From NCBI GenBank assembly GCA_045545475.1, contig JAZQAZ010000034.1:41713-105712 (forward strand): a stretch of DNA of 64,000 nt, written 5' to 3'. The notes beneath the pieces were generated by a model. That model did not search any database and was not told where the DNA came from. It saw only the letters and a program-made list of their open reading frames with translations. The DNA is from Clostridia bacterium (GTDB lineage: Bacteria; Bacillota; Clostridia; CAKSNL01; HGM11501). The translations under genes and the position numbers were made by a program. Position 1 is the stretch's first letter. The number at the start of each line of letters is the position of its first letter. Positions 1-8,897 of the stretch are shown here, in pieces.

Positions 1-1
1 A

Positions 2-1525
2 AGTTCATACAGCGATTATATACTGGTACCCGACAATACCGCAACAATTGAACTTAAGGCAGATACCCCTGCATCCGACAGCGAAAGCTATGTTTACCGC
101 AAATATGTAGCATTATACAATATTGACGGGGCAACTGCACAGGTTACTAATATACAGGCAGCTACTTATCAGGAAAACGGATGGCGTACCGCAGCACAGT
201 ATAACAATATTAAGAGAACGCTTCCCATTAACCTGGTTTATGATGACGGTGATATTACAACTATAAGTGCATTTGATATTACAAAAGTAGAAACCGCATG
301 GGATGGAGATCTCAGGCTGAGCTATTCGCTGGAATATGAGTATACAAGAGGATACAGCGGCCCATCTATATACATAAGATGTTACAATTCTTCAAGAGAA
401 TGTGTTGATACAATGTTAGTTTCGGAGTACGGTTCATATGTGGATGTTCCCTATGATACCACCGATATTGAGCTGTTTACCAAGTATGGTGCAGCAGACA
501 GCCAGAGCTATCTCATAAGCAATTATTCCACGATGTATTCATCCGACGGAAGAAGCATAGTTGTAAGTGATTTGCAGATATCTTCCTATGAGGCTGTGGG
601 TTGGGCACTTGCGGTTCCCGTTTACGCTTATGAAAACGGAGAATTTACGAGAATGACTTATATAAGTCCTTATGACGTTTCTTCGTGGCAGGCTGTAGGC
701 TGGTACAGCTATGAAGAAACCTGCAATGCCGAAACCTTGTATGCAATGGATGAAAACGGTAAGTTTACGAGAACACTTAAGGTTCCGCAGAGGTTGGTAT
801 CTGCATATACGGCGGTTGGTTGGTATACCTATTCTCAGAAAAATGATATTGAAACTGCCGTAACTTTGTACGCACCGGATGCAAACGGAAACTTCACAAG
901 AACCATAAGCGTGCCTGCAAAGGATGTTGCCGCATATACGGCGGTTGGTTGGTATACAAAAGAGGAAGCCTTTAAGAAAACGAGTCTTCCTGTTATATTC
1001 TGCAATGCCAATGGCGGAACAATTACATTCAGTAACTTTACGGTTAACGGCGTAAGTAAAGATGATGACGGCAGAACAAAGATTGAATATGAAATCGGAT
1101 ACACAAATAACAGTAACTCGAATTTTAAGATTTTATATAATCTTTATGATGCGTACGGCAATCTTTACGGGTCCGTCACGAGCAGTCATACGACAAGAGG
1201 CTCAGAAAAGGAAAATTGGACACTCCGAACAGATAGTAAAATTGCAAAAATTGAAATAAAATTAGACGGCGGAGCAAGTAACAGCCAGACTTATGTATAC
1301 AGTAATATGATAACAGTATATGCCTCCGACGGAAGAACCATGGAAATTTATGATTTGCAGCTTCCCGTTTACGAAGCTGTGGGCTGGTACTCATCGCCGG
1401 AAGCGGCAAATGCTCCTCCTCCCGGGTCCGAGCCGGAAGAACCCCAGGAGCCGGAAGAACCGGCTGCAGGTTCAGCCCCCAAAGGTGAAAAGCCTTCCAA
1501 GCCCAGCAGACCTCCACGCTCATAA
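2..1525 (+). CDS. Large repeat-containing surface/secreted protein (5' partial) with YxAVGWY-type repeats, beta-rich domains and a Pro/Glu-rich tail
   Basis: Frame of ORF 413..1525 is open back to base 2, so the gene starts before the window; at least 5 TxYxxDG..YxAVGWY units; identical 26-bp DNA repeat at 803-828 and 932-957. Confidence 0.75.
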   Translation, partial: SSYSDYILVPDNTATIELKADTPASDSESYVYRKYVALYNIDGATAQVTNIQAATYQENGWRTAAQYNNIKRTLPINLVYDDGDITTISAFDITKVETAWDGDLRLSYSLEYEYTRGYSGPSIYIRCYNSSRECVDTMLVSEYGSYVDVPYDTTDIELFTKYGAADSQSYLISNYSTMYSSDGRSIVVSDLQISSYEAVGWALAVPVYAYENGEFTRMTYISPYDVSSWQAVGWYSYEETCNAETLYAMDENGKFTRTLKVPQRLVSAYTAVGWYTYSQKNDIETAVTLYAPDANGNFTRTISVPAKDVAAYTAVGWYTKEEAFKKTSLPVIFCNANGGTITFSNFTVNGVSKDDDGRTKIEYEIGYTNNSNSNFKILYNLYDAYGNLYGSVTSSHTTRGSEKENWTLRTDSKIAKIEIKLDGGASNSQTYVYSNMITVYASDGRTMEIYDLQLPVYEAVGWYSSPEAANAPPPGSEPEEPQEPEEPAAGSAPKGEKPSKPSRPPRS

Positions 1526-1527
1526 AC

Positions 1528-1565
1528 AAAAAGATACCGCATCCGTCGGATGCGGTATCTTTTTT
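1528..1565. terminator. Bidirectional intrinsic terminator
   Basis: aaaaagataccgcatcc-gtc-ggatgcggtatcttttt perfect stem between convergent genes. Confidence 0.85.
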
Positions 1566-1568
1566 AAC

Positions 1569-2747
1569 TTACTTTAATTCTCTTGCACCATCGCCGATAT
1601 CGAAGATGTAGAAGGATGCTTCATAGCCGATTTTTTCCTTATAAATCTTACCAACGGTTTCGATGAAATTATCTATCGCATCATTTTTAACAATGCTTAC
1701 TGTGCATCCGCCAAAGCCTGCACCTGTCATTCTGCTTCCGATTACGCCATCTACCTTCTGTGCGGTCTCAGCCAGGGTGTCAAGCTCAACGCCCGTTACC
1801 TCGTATAAATCCTTTAAGGAAGCGTGGGATTGATTTAAATACTGACCGAAGGTGGCAATGTCGCCTTTCTTTAAGGCTTCAACGCTCTTTAATACTCTGT
1901 CATCCTCGTAAATTACGTGGGTAACTCTGTTTTTAACGATTTCGTCCTTAATTACATCTTTGTGAGCTTCAAACTCCGCAGGTGTGATTTCACCGAGGCA
2001 GGTTTTTTCGGGCATCACTTCGTGTAAAAGACGGAAGCCTTCCTCGCACTGACTTCTTCGCTCGTTGTATGCCGATGCGCCAAGCTTGTGCTTTTTGTTG
2101 GTGTTGGAAAGAACCAACTTGCAGTCGCCGATTTCAGCGGGAACCATTTCACACTCCAATGTATCGCACTTTAAGAACATGGCCATGTTCTTAACACCGT
2201 TTGCCGATGCAAACTGGTCCATAATACCGCAGTTTACGCCGACATACTTGTTCTCGGCACGCTGTCCGATTAAGGCAAGCTCGGTTTTGTTAGCTTCTTT
2301 TCCGCCCATCTCGCCTGAGAAGGTGGAGAAAATCTTTGCTGTTACAACCTCGATTGCGGCAGAGGAAGAAAGACCGCTTCCGTGGGGAACGCTGTCCTCA
2401 TAGAGTAAGTCGGCACCCGTTAAAATGTAGCCGTCCTTCATAAGCTCGCAGAGTACGCCTGCCTGATAGTTGCCGTAGTCAATGTCCTTGTAGTCGCCGA
2501 TTTTGTCAAGGTCAAGGGTTACGATTCCGTCTAAATCCGTTGCCTTTAAGCGTACAATTCTGTCCGCTCTTTTTCTTACCGCAACGGTGCTTTCTGCGGA
2601 AATTGCCGCAGGGAAAACGAAACCTCCGTTATAGTCGGTGTGTTCGCCTATCAAATTAACTCGTCCGGGAGAAGCGAAAAAACGGATTTCGCCGCCCTCA
2701 CCGTAGATTTTTTCAAACTCTTTTTTAAGTGCACATAAATCTGCCAT
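1569..2747 (-). CDS. galK: Galactokinase
   Basis: PGRVNLIGEHTDYN, GSGLSSSAA, CGIMDQF and RMTGAGFGG motifs; ATG at 2747 preceded by AAGGA. Confidence 0.95.
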   Translation of the reverse strand: MADLCALKKEFEKIYGEGGEIRFFASPGRVNLIGEHTDYNGGFVFPAAISAESTVAVRKRADRIVRLKATDLDGIVTLDLDKIGDYKDIDYGNYQAGVLCELMKDGYILTGADLLYEDSVPHGSGLSSSAAIEVVTAKIFSTFSGEMGGKEANKTELALIGQRAENKYVGVNCGIMDQFASANGVKNMAMFLKCDTLECEMVPAEIGDCKLVLSNTNKKHKLGASAYNERRSQCEEGFRLLHEVMPEKTCLGEITPAEFEAHKDVIKDEIVKNRVTHVIYEDDRVLKSVEALKKGDIATFGQYLNQSHASLKDLYEVTGVELDTLAETAQKVDGVIGSRMTGAGFGGCTVSIVKNDAIDNFIETVGKIYKEKIGYEASFYIFDIGDGARELK

Positions 2748-2809
2748 AAAAATCATCCTTTCGATCATTTGCTTTATATTCTATCATAAAACAAGATGAT
2801 TTACAAGAA

Positions 2810-4342
2810 TTAATTTCTGAAATCAAAAGAAAGTGTGTTTCCGTCGGACTTGATTTCTTTCTCTGAAACGGCACAGCCACAGGTAAGCTTAACCTTGTAT
2901 GAAACGCCCGAAAAGGAAAGTGTAAGTTCCTTTTCGCTTACACTTTTCACTTCATAGGAATGGGGGCATTCGATGCCGATTGCATTTTTAAGTGTAAAGG
3001 GCATTTTGCCTTCAATTTTCATGCCGCTTTCCGTGAGAGTAATCGTAATGTCTGAAAATTCAGCTTTGGCAGAGCCGTTGCTCAAATCTGTAAATTTCAT
3101 TTCGCTATTTTCGGGAAAGCTTCCGTCTTCAAATGTAATAAATCCGCCTGCTCTCACGCCTTTCCCGGTAAAGCGACAGCCGTCAATAAAGGGAAGTGCC
3201 TCGTAAGTTGCACAGTTTTCGGTGCATACGGAATCAAGGAAGGGGTCTTTAAGGCTGTCAGAATAAATGTGAAGATCGCGGATACGTACGCCTTTTTCGT
3301 CGGAATAAATATTAACTCTGAAAAATTTGCTTGAATACCAGAGGGAATTTTTGCCCTCGTCGTCAAAAGCAGTGTGCGCCGTAATTGCCGAGGCGGGAGT
3401 GTCGGAAAAGGTTTTTTTATACCATCTGCCCGTTTCGCCTGCTGTTTCAACGGTGATTTTTCCCTCCCTCTGAAGCTTTTCAAAAAGCGGGAACTGATAA
3501 TTAAGCCCATCTTTCATTTTGCTCCAGCCGAAGGAATTTTCCTGACCTGCCTGGGTATAGCCAAAGGAAAGACAGTCGCCGTTAAAGTTTTCCTTCATAT
3601 ACCAGTCAATCCATTTTGGGTTTCCGCCGCATCCGGGATATACAGGCTCTAAAGAGATAACGTCCTGGCGATTGTAGCTTTCTGCATTTTCATCAAGCTT
3701 GTAGTCATATTGATAAACAGGGTCCGATCCCAGCATTCTGAATAGGGGCACCGGCAGCATATTTTCCTTATTTACAGCAGGAAGGAACACGTTTTTGCGG
3801 TTGGGATAATAGCCCTGACCGTAGTATCCGCCCCAGAGGGTGTATCCGTCGGTGCCGAACTGCTCTTTACAGTTCATAAAAGCATCAATGCCGTAGTGCT
3901 CGTTGGCATATACTGCCGTGTGGGAATCAAAAAGCCAGGAGCCGAAGGTTTTGGGATAGCAGCCAAAAACCTCGTGGAATTTTGAGAAAAGTACATCGAT
4001 GAGCTTTTCGCGTTCTTCTTTTGTGTAGCCCACGGAAAAGCCTGTATCTGTGTGCCAGTCCCAGGAATAGCGTCCGCGCCATGTAAGATTTGCCGCTTCA
4101 ACGTGGGGCTGGGTGATTTCATACCAAACGCCGATTTCAAACTGACCGGGGTCAAGCTCCTTTAAAAGATCCTGATAAAAGGGCATAATCAGTGCATCAT
4201 ACTGAAGCAGAAAGGTTGCCTTTAAATTGTGCTTTTTAAGAAGAGAAATCTGTTCCTTTACGGGAGTTTCCAGATCCATGGGAAGACGTGGTTCAACGGC
4301 TCTTATAAAGTTTACTATATTTACAATTTGTCTTTTTTTCAT
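2810..4342 (-). CDS. Conserved hypothetical protein, possible carbohydrate-active (deacetylase/GH-like barrel) enzyme
   Basis: Start MKKRQIVNIVNFIR after AAGGAG; ATFLLQYDAL, EIGVWYE and F-G-x-P-x-x-F-G-S-W segments resemble NodB/GH57-type barrels; co-oriented with galK. Confidence 0.55.
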   Translation of the reverse strand: MKKRQIVNIVNFIRAVEPRLPMDLETPVKEQISLLKKHNLKATFLLQYDALIMPFYQDLLKELDPGQFEIGVWYEITQPHVEAANLTWRGRYSWDWHTDTGFSVGYTKEEREKLIDVLFSKFHEVFGCYPKTFGSWLFDSHTAVYANEHYGIDAFMNCKEQFGTDGYTLWGGYYGQGYYPNRKNVFLPAVNKENMLPVPLFRMLGSDPVYQYDYKLDENAESYNRQDVISLEPVYPGCGGNPKWIDWYMKENFNGDCLSFGYTQAGQENSFGWSKMKDGLNYQFPLFEKLQREGKITVETAGETGRWYKKTFSDTPASAITAHTAFDDEGKNSLWYSSKFFRVNIYSDEKGVRIRDLHIYSDSLKDPFLDSVCTENCATYEALPFIDGCRFTGKGVRAGGFITFEDGSFPENSEMKFTDLSNGSAKAEFSDITITLTESGMKIEGKMPFTLKNAIGIECPHSYEVKSVSEKELTLSFSGVSYKVKLTCGCAVSEKEIKSDGNTLSFDFRN

Positions 4343-4538
4343 AAAAAAGTCTCCTTTTCCATTTTTTGCGATTATACTGCCGCTCGCATAAAAAGTCAAC
4401 CGAAAACAGAGAATTGTGTTATTAAATTTAATTTTGTACGATTTTATAATTTTAAAATGTACTTGTATAAAATGGGAAATTGATGTATAATGAATAAAAT
4501 ATGCAGAGAATGCATTTTGCAAAAAAGGAGGGAGAACC

Positions 4539-5222
4539 ATGCTTCTTGAAGATGAAAAAATTGAAGAGCTTGGGATTGAAGGCTTAAGGCTTATTCAATC
4601 GGACAAGCTTTTTAAGTACGGCACTGATGCGGTGCTTCTTTCAAAATTCGCCAAGGTGAAAAAAGGTGGCGAGGTTTTGGACTTTTGCACAGGAAGCGGA
4701 ATAATTCCTCTCCTTATGTATGCCCGAAACAAGGAATGCTCCTTCGATGCCCTTGAAATAACGGAAAAAGCCTCGGATATGGCAAGGCGGAGTATGGAAT
4801 TAAATAACCTTTCCGATAAAATAAAGGTAACAAAGGGCGATATCAAAAACGCCCGTGAAATTTATAAGGGCAGACAGTTTGATTTAATAACCTGCAATCC
4901 CCCTTATATGGATGCAGGGGGAGGTTTAGTTAATCCCGACACGGATAAAGCCTGTGCAAGGCATGAAATTTTCTGCACGCTGGAGGATGTAATAAGGGAA
5001 GCATCCCACTTAGTGCGTCCCGGCGGATTTTTCTCAATGGTGCATCGTCCACGCCGCTTAACCGACATAATGTGCTTTATGAGAGAGTATAAGTTAGAGC
5101 CGAAACGCCTCACCTTCGTGGCAGACTCACCGGGTAAAGAGCCTGATATGATTTTGATTGAAGGTTTGAAATGCGGCGGAAAGTTCTTGAAAACAGACAT
5201 CCTCTATTTAAAGGAGAATTGA
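4539..5222 (+). CDS. tRNA1(Val) adenine(37)-N6 methyltransferase (YabB/TrmN6 family)
   Basis: GTDAVLLS, LDFCTGSG and CNPPY motifs; upstream of rsmI as in Firmicutes. Confidence 0.88.
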   Translation: MLLEDEKIEELGIEGLRLIQSDKLFKYGTDAVLLSKFAKVKKGGEVLDFCTGSGIIPLLMYARNKECSFDALEITEKASDMARRSMELNNLSDKIKVTKGDIKNAREIYKGRQFDLITCNPPYMDAGGGLVNPDTDKACARHEIFCTLEDVIREASHLVRPGGFFSMVHRPRRLTDIMCFMREYKLEPKRLTFVADSPGKEPDMILIEGLKCGGKFLKTDILYLKEN

Positions 5223-5223
5223 T

Positions 5224-6060
5224 ATGGCAGGAAAACTTTATTTATGTGCAACACCCATCGGAAATTTGTCCGATATTACTCTTCGCTGTTTAGAAGTTCT
5301 GGAATCGGTTGACTTAATTGCGGCGGAGGATACAAGGCACACCTTAAAATTACTTAACCATTTTGAAATTACAAAGCCATTAACCAGCTACTATGAGCAT
5401 AACCGAAAGGAAAAAGGCTATATGCTGGCAGATGAAATACTGGCAGGTAAAAATATCGCCCTGGTTTCCGATGCGGGCACTCCCGCAATCAGCGACCCCG
5501 GCGAGGATCTGGTTGCAATATGCATAGAAAAGGGGATTGATGTTGTCCCCGTTCCCGGATGCGTTGCGGCTATAAATGCTTTAATCGGAAGCGGTATGCC
5601 CACGGGCAGATTTTGCTTCGAAGGCTTTTTAAGCGTAAACAAGCAAAGCAGAAAAGAGCATTTAGAGGCGATAAAAGACGAAACAAGAACGATGATTTTC
5701 TACGAAGCTCCCCATAAATTACTTGCTACATTAAAGGATTTTGAAAAGGTGTTCGGTGGTGACCGCAGAATTTCCCTTTGCCGTGAGCTTACTAAAATCC
5801 ACGAGGAATATGTAAGGCTTACTGTTTCCGAGGCAATAGCTAAATATGAAGAAACGCCCCCAAAGGGAGAGTTTGTGCTGGTGGTATCGGGGGCAGAGGA
5901 AAAAATCGAGGACTTTTCATCCTTGTCCATATCAGACCACGTTGAAATGTATATAAACGAAGGTTTATCTGAAAAGGACGCCATGAAGGCGGTTGCAAAG
6001 GACAGAGGAATTAAAAAAAGCGATATATACGCAGAATATAAATTAGGGAAGTGCGACTAA
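5224..6060 (+). CDS. rsmI: 16S rRNA (cytidine1402-2'-O)-methyltransferase
   Basis: LYLCATPIGNL, AAEDTR, VSDAGTPAISDPG, FYEAPH, RELTKIHEE. Confidence 0.95.
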   Translation: MAGKLYLCATPIGNLSDITLRCLEVLESVDLIAAEDTRHTLKLLNHFEITKPLTSYYEHNRKEKGYMLADEILAGKNIALVSDAGTPAISDPGEDLVAICIEKGIDVVPVPGCVAAINALIGSGMPTGRFCFEGFLSVNKQSRKEHLEAIKDETRTMIFYEAPHKLLATLKDFEKVFGGDRRISLCRELTKIHEEYVRLTVSEAIAKYEETPPKGEFVLVVSGAEEKIEDFSSLSISDHVEMYINEGLSEKDAMKAVAKDRGIKKSDIYAEYKLGKCD

Positions 6061-6707
6061 TGGAAAAGACAAGAATGATTTTCGTCCGCCACGGCGAAAG
6101 CGAAGGAAATAAGGTACACGCCTTTTTGGGCCATTCCGATGCCAATCTTTCGGAAAAGGGACACCTTCAGGCGGAAAAGACAGCGGAATACTTAAAAAAC
6201 GAAAAAATTGACGCGTTTTATTCAAGTGACCTAAAGAGAGCCTATCAGACGGGCTGTCACATCGCAGGCCGTCACGGATGTGCACCCATTCCGGATGAGC
6301 AGCTTCGTGAGGTTTTTGCAGGTGAGTGGGAATGGAAAAAGTTTGAGGATTTATTAATAGAATATCCCGTAAGCTTCGGCATATGGAAGGATAACGTGGG
6401 CGAGGCACACCCCGACGGGGGCGAGGCGGTAAGTCACCTTTATGACAGAATTATAAAAAGGGTTTGGGAAATTGCAAGGGAAAACCTTGGCAAAACCGTT
6501 TTAATCACGTCCCACGCAACGCCGATCCGTGCCCTTCGCGCCTATTGGGAAGGCTTGCCCGCCGGGGATATGAAGCTTTTCCCCTGGGCAAGCAATGCTT
6601 CGGTTTCAATTGCAGATTACTATGAGGATGGTCACATTGAGCTTGTATGCTACAGCGACGATTCTTTTATGGGGGATATTGCAACAGCATTACCCAAGAA
6701 TGTGTAA
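6060..6707 (+). CDS. Histidine phosphatase (phosphoglycerate mutase family)
   Basis: RHGES, SSDLKRAYQT and SH motifs; ATG overlaps the rsmI stop. Confidence 0.88.
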   Translation: MEKTRMIFVRHGESEGNKVHAFLGHSDANLSEKGHLQAEKTAEYLKNEKIDAFYSSDLKRAYQTGCHIAGRHGCAPIPDEQLREVFAGEWEWKKFEDLLIEYPVSFGIWKDNVGEAHPDGGEAVSHLYDRIIKRVWEIARENLGKTVLITSHATPIRALRAYWEGLPAGDMKLFPWASNASVSIADYYEDGHIELVCYSDDSFMGDIATALPKNV

Positions 6708-6809
6708 GGGAAAAATTTTCACTTGTCAACGTCAGCGGCGAATATTTCCTGTTTGTAATGCTCTTTATGATATTAAGAAAATCAATAAGAACATATGAAA
6801 GGACACAGA

Positions 6810-7046
6810 ATGATTGATAAGAAAAAAATCGAGGAATTGTTCAATTACAGTGCAACTATTCCTCTGAACAATGAAGGACTTAGAAAAGAATATAGGAAGA
6901 ATTTGTTGTCGGAACTTGGAGAAAACAAGGAAGAGGTTATCCTTTTTATCTCGAATGCAGACGATGACACACGTTTTATGCTGGATGAAATCTATGAGGA
7001 ACTGGCTGAGAAGTTTGGCGAAGAGATTGATGATGTGTTGTATTAA
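6810..7046 (+). CDS. Small acidic hypothetical protein (immunity-protein-like)
   Basis: About 78 aa, acidic, helical-looking; AAGGA RBS. Confidence 0.6.
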   Translation: MIDKKKIEELFNYSATIPLNNEGLRKEYRKNLLSELGENKEEVILFISNADDDTRFMLDEIYEELAEKFGEEIDDVLY

Positions 7047-7110
7047 AAATTAGAACCTCAAAAGCTTCTCGCAGGCTATTACTTTGAAGGAACAAAGATG
7101 AAACAAAGGG

Positions 7111-7386
7111 GTGCTATTTTTGAACAGTACAGTATTCACGGTTTTTGTTTTACCTTATTTTATCGGAATAATTATAAGACTGATATTTGTTAAGTGGAAA
7201 AAAGGATATATTTTAACGGGAGCTTTTGCTGCTCTCTCGGTTATAGCGTGGATATGGACAAAGCACCTTACAAATCACGGAGTTGACGGAACTGTAATGC
7301 TTTGGGCTTTGATGATGACAGAGCTTACTGTGGGGGCCTTGATTACAGGCGTAATAAGGCTTTTAATAAAAAAGCTAAAGCGTTAA
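7111..7386 (+). CDS. Small membrane protein (about 3 TM)
   Basis: Three hydrophobic segments; start may be TTG at 7120. Confidence 0.65.
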   Translation: MLFLNSTVFTVFVLPYFIGIIIRLIFVKWKKGYILTGAFAALSVIAWIWTKHLTNHGVDGTVMLWALMMTELTVGALITGVIRLLIKKLKR

Positions 7387-7402
7387 AAATGCTTTAGCTA
7401 TC

Positions 7403-7436
7403 GGCATAACGCTTTGGCGTTGTGCCTTTTATTTTT
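7403..7436. repeat. 34-bp direct repeat, copy 1 (apparent original 3' end of araC)
   Basis: ggcataacgctttggcgttgtgccttttattttt, identical to 7981-8014. Confidence 0.92.
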
Positions 7437-7932
7437 ATGTATCGGATAACATGTTGCATATGTCTCTGACAATATCATCAATATTTTTTTCTGCTGTAAT
7501 AGGTGTTTCGTTCAACACATCGGAAAAATCTTTTTCGCGCCACCATCTGCGCATATCTTCCTCACCAAATTCATGGCAATTGGATTTTGTCTGATGTCTC
7601 TTCAAAGTTTCCTCGAAAGGTAAATCAAAATAGAAAGCGTATATTTCCGAATTATATAGTTTATTGGAGAGTTCAAATAATGGCTTATACCAATCTGCAT
7701 TCATTATTCCTTCCAATATAACGATATCGCAATGCTTGTGACCGTATATCAAAAGTTCTTTCATAAGCGGCAGTGCGAGGGTGTTTTCGCCATCTTTAAC
7801 TTTAAGCATATCTCTTCTTATTACATCCTGCGAAATAAGCATAGTATTAAATCCGAATCTGTCTTGTAATTCTCTCGCAATCGTGGATTTTCCGCTGCCT
7901 GAATTACCTCGGAGTATAATTAATTTTTTCAT
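7435..7932 (-). CDS. P-loop nucleotide/nucleoside kinase-like protein (AAA_33-type)
   Basis: LIILRGNSGSGKST Walker A; ISQDVIRR; RHQTK lid. Confidence 0.85.
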   Translation of the reverse strand: MKKLIILRGNSGSGKSTIARELQDRFGFNTMLISQDVIRRDMLKVKDGENTLALPLMKELLIYGHKHCDIVILEGIMNADWYKPLFELSNKLYNSEIYAFYFDLPFEETLKRHQTKSNCHEFGEEDMRRWWREKDFSDVLNETPITAEKNIDDIVRDICNMLSDT

Positions 7933-7968
7933 ATTTACACCTCTATGAAAATTTATAATTCTATCTGC

Positions 7969-8790
7969 CTAAATATCATTGGCATAACGCTTTGGCGTTG
8001 TGCCTTTTATTTTTTTAAAAAGCTGAACGAAATAGGGAACGTCGGAAAAGCCTGAGCCTTCCGCCGCTTCCGACACGGAAGAGCCGTTTTTAAGCATCTT
8101 GCATGCCTCGGAAATCCTTACCCCGTTAAGATAGGAAAGGTATGTAATTCCCGCACTTTCCCGAAACTTTGTGCAGAAATAAAACTTACTGTAGCCCATT
8201 TTTTCCGCTATGTCGGAAATAGAAATTTTCTCACGGAAATGAAGCTTGGTATAGTTTATAATTTCCCGAAGCTCACTTTCGTCAAAGGCGTTACCCGATG
8301 GGAGAACTTCCTCACGGCTGAAGGTGCGAAGATGAGAAAAAAGGGATACGGCAATGCTTGTTGCCGAAAATATATCTTCGGCTTTTGCCAAAGCGTTCAC
8401 AATGGGCAAAATTTCATCAAAGCAGTCGGGATTTACGTCAATTGACATAAGGCTTTTTCCCTCGGATGCCAAAAGTGCCTCAAAGCTCAAAAAGGGCGAA
8501 AAGCCCTCGGGGGAAAGCTTTACGTTTAAGAGATTACCGCTGCTTTTTTTATAGCTCATTGAATGAACTGTTTCCGGCGGAATATAAAAAACCTGATTGC
8601 CCGACAGCTTATAGCGGTGTCCTCCTATAATCACCTCGCCCGTCGCCCCTGAAAAAAGCAAAATCTCAACAGTTTCCGCATAGTGGGGTGCGACAAGCTC
8701 ATCACGGTCAAAGGTCGTATAAATCACCGAAAAAGGTATGCTTTTTGAAAAATCTTTATGCTCTTTAAAAGCGGTGAAAATATTGTTCAT
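7969..8790 (-). CDS. AraC family transcriptional regulator, divergent from the GRE operon
   Basis: N-terminal cupin (PHYAETVEIL); C-terminal HTH (SGFSDVPYFVQLFKKIKGTTP). Confidence 0.92.
   Translation of the reverse strand: MNNIFTAFKEHKDFSKSIPFSVIYTTFDRDELVAPHYAETVEILLFSGATGEVIIGGHRYKLSGNQVFYIPPETVHSMSYKKSSGNLLNVKLSPEGFSPFLSFEALLASEGKSLMSIDVNPDCFDEILPIVNALAKAEDIFSATSIAVSLFSHLRTFSREEVLPSGNAFDESELREIINYTKLHFREKISISDIAEKMGYSKFYFCTKFRESAGITYLSYLNGVRISEACKMLKNGSSVSEAAEGSGFSDVPYFVQLFKKIKGTTPKRYANDI
7981..8014. repeat. 34-bp direct repeat, copy 2 (within araC 3' end)
   Basis: Identical to 7403-7436. Confidence 0.92.
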
Positions 8791-8897
8791 AGCCCCATTA
8801 TATATTAAATAACAAAATATTGCAACATTTTTCCTTAATATTTCCCATTGAAACGGGACTTTTTTCGCACTATAATATAATAAAAGGAGGTTTTATT

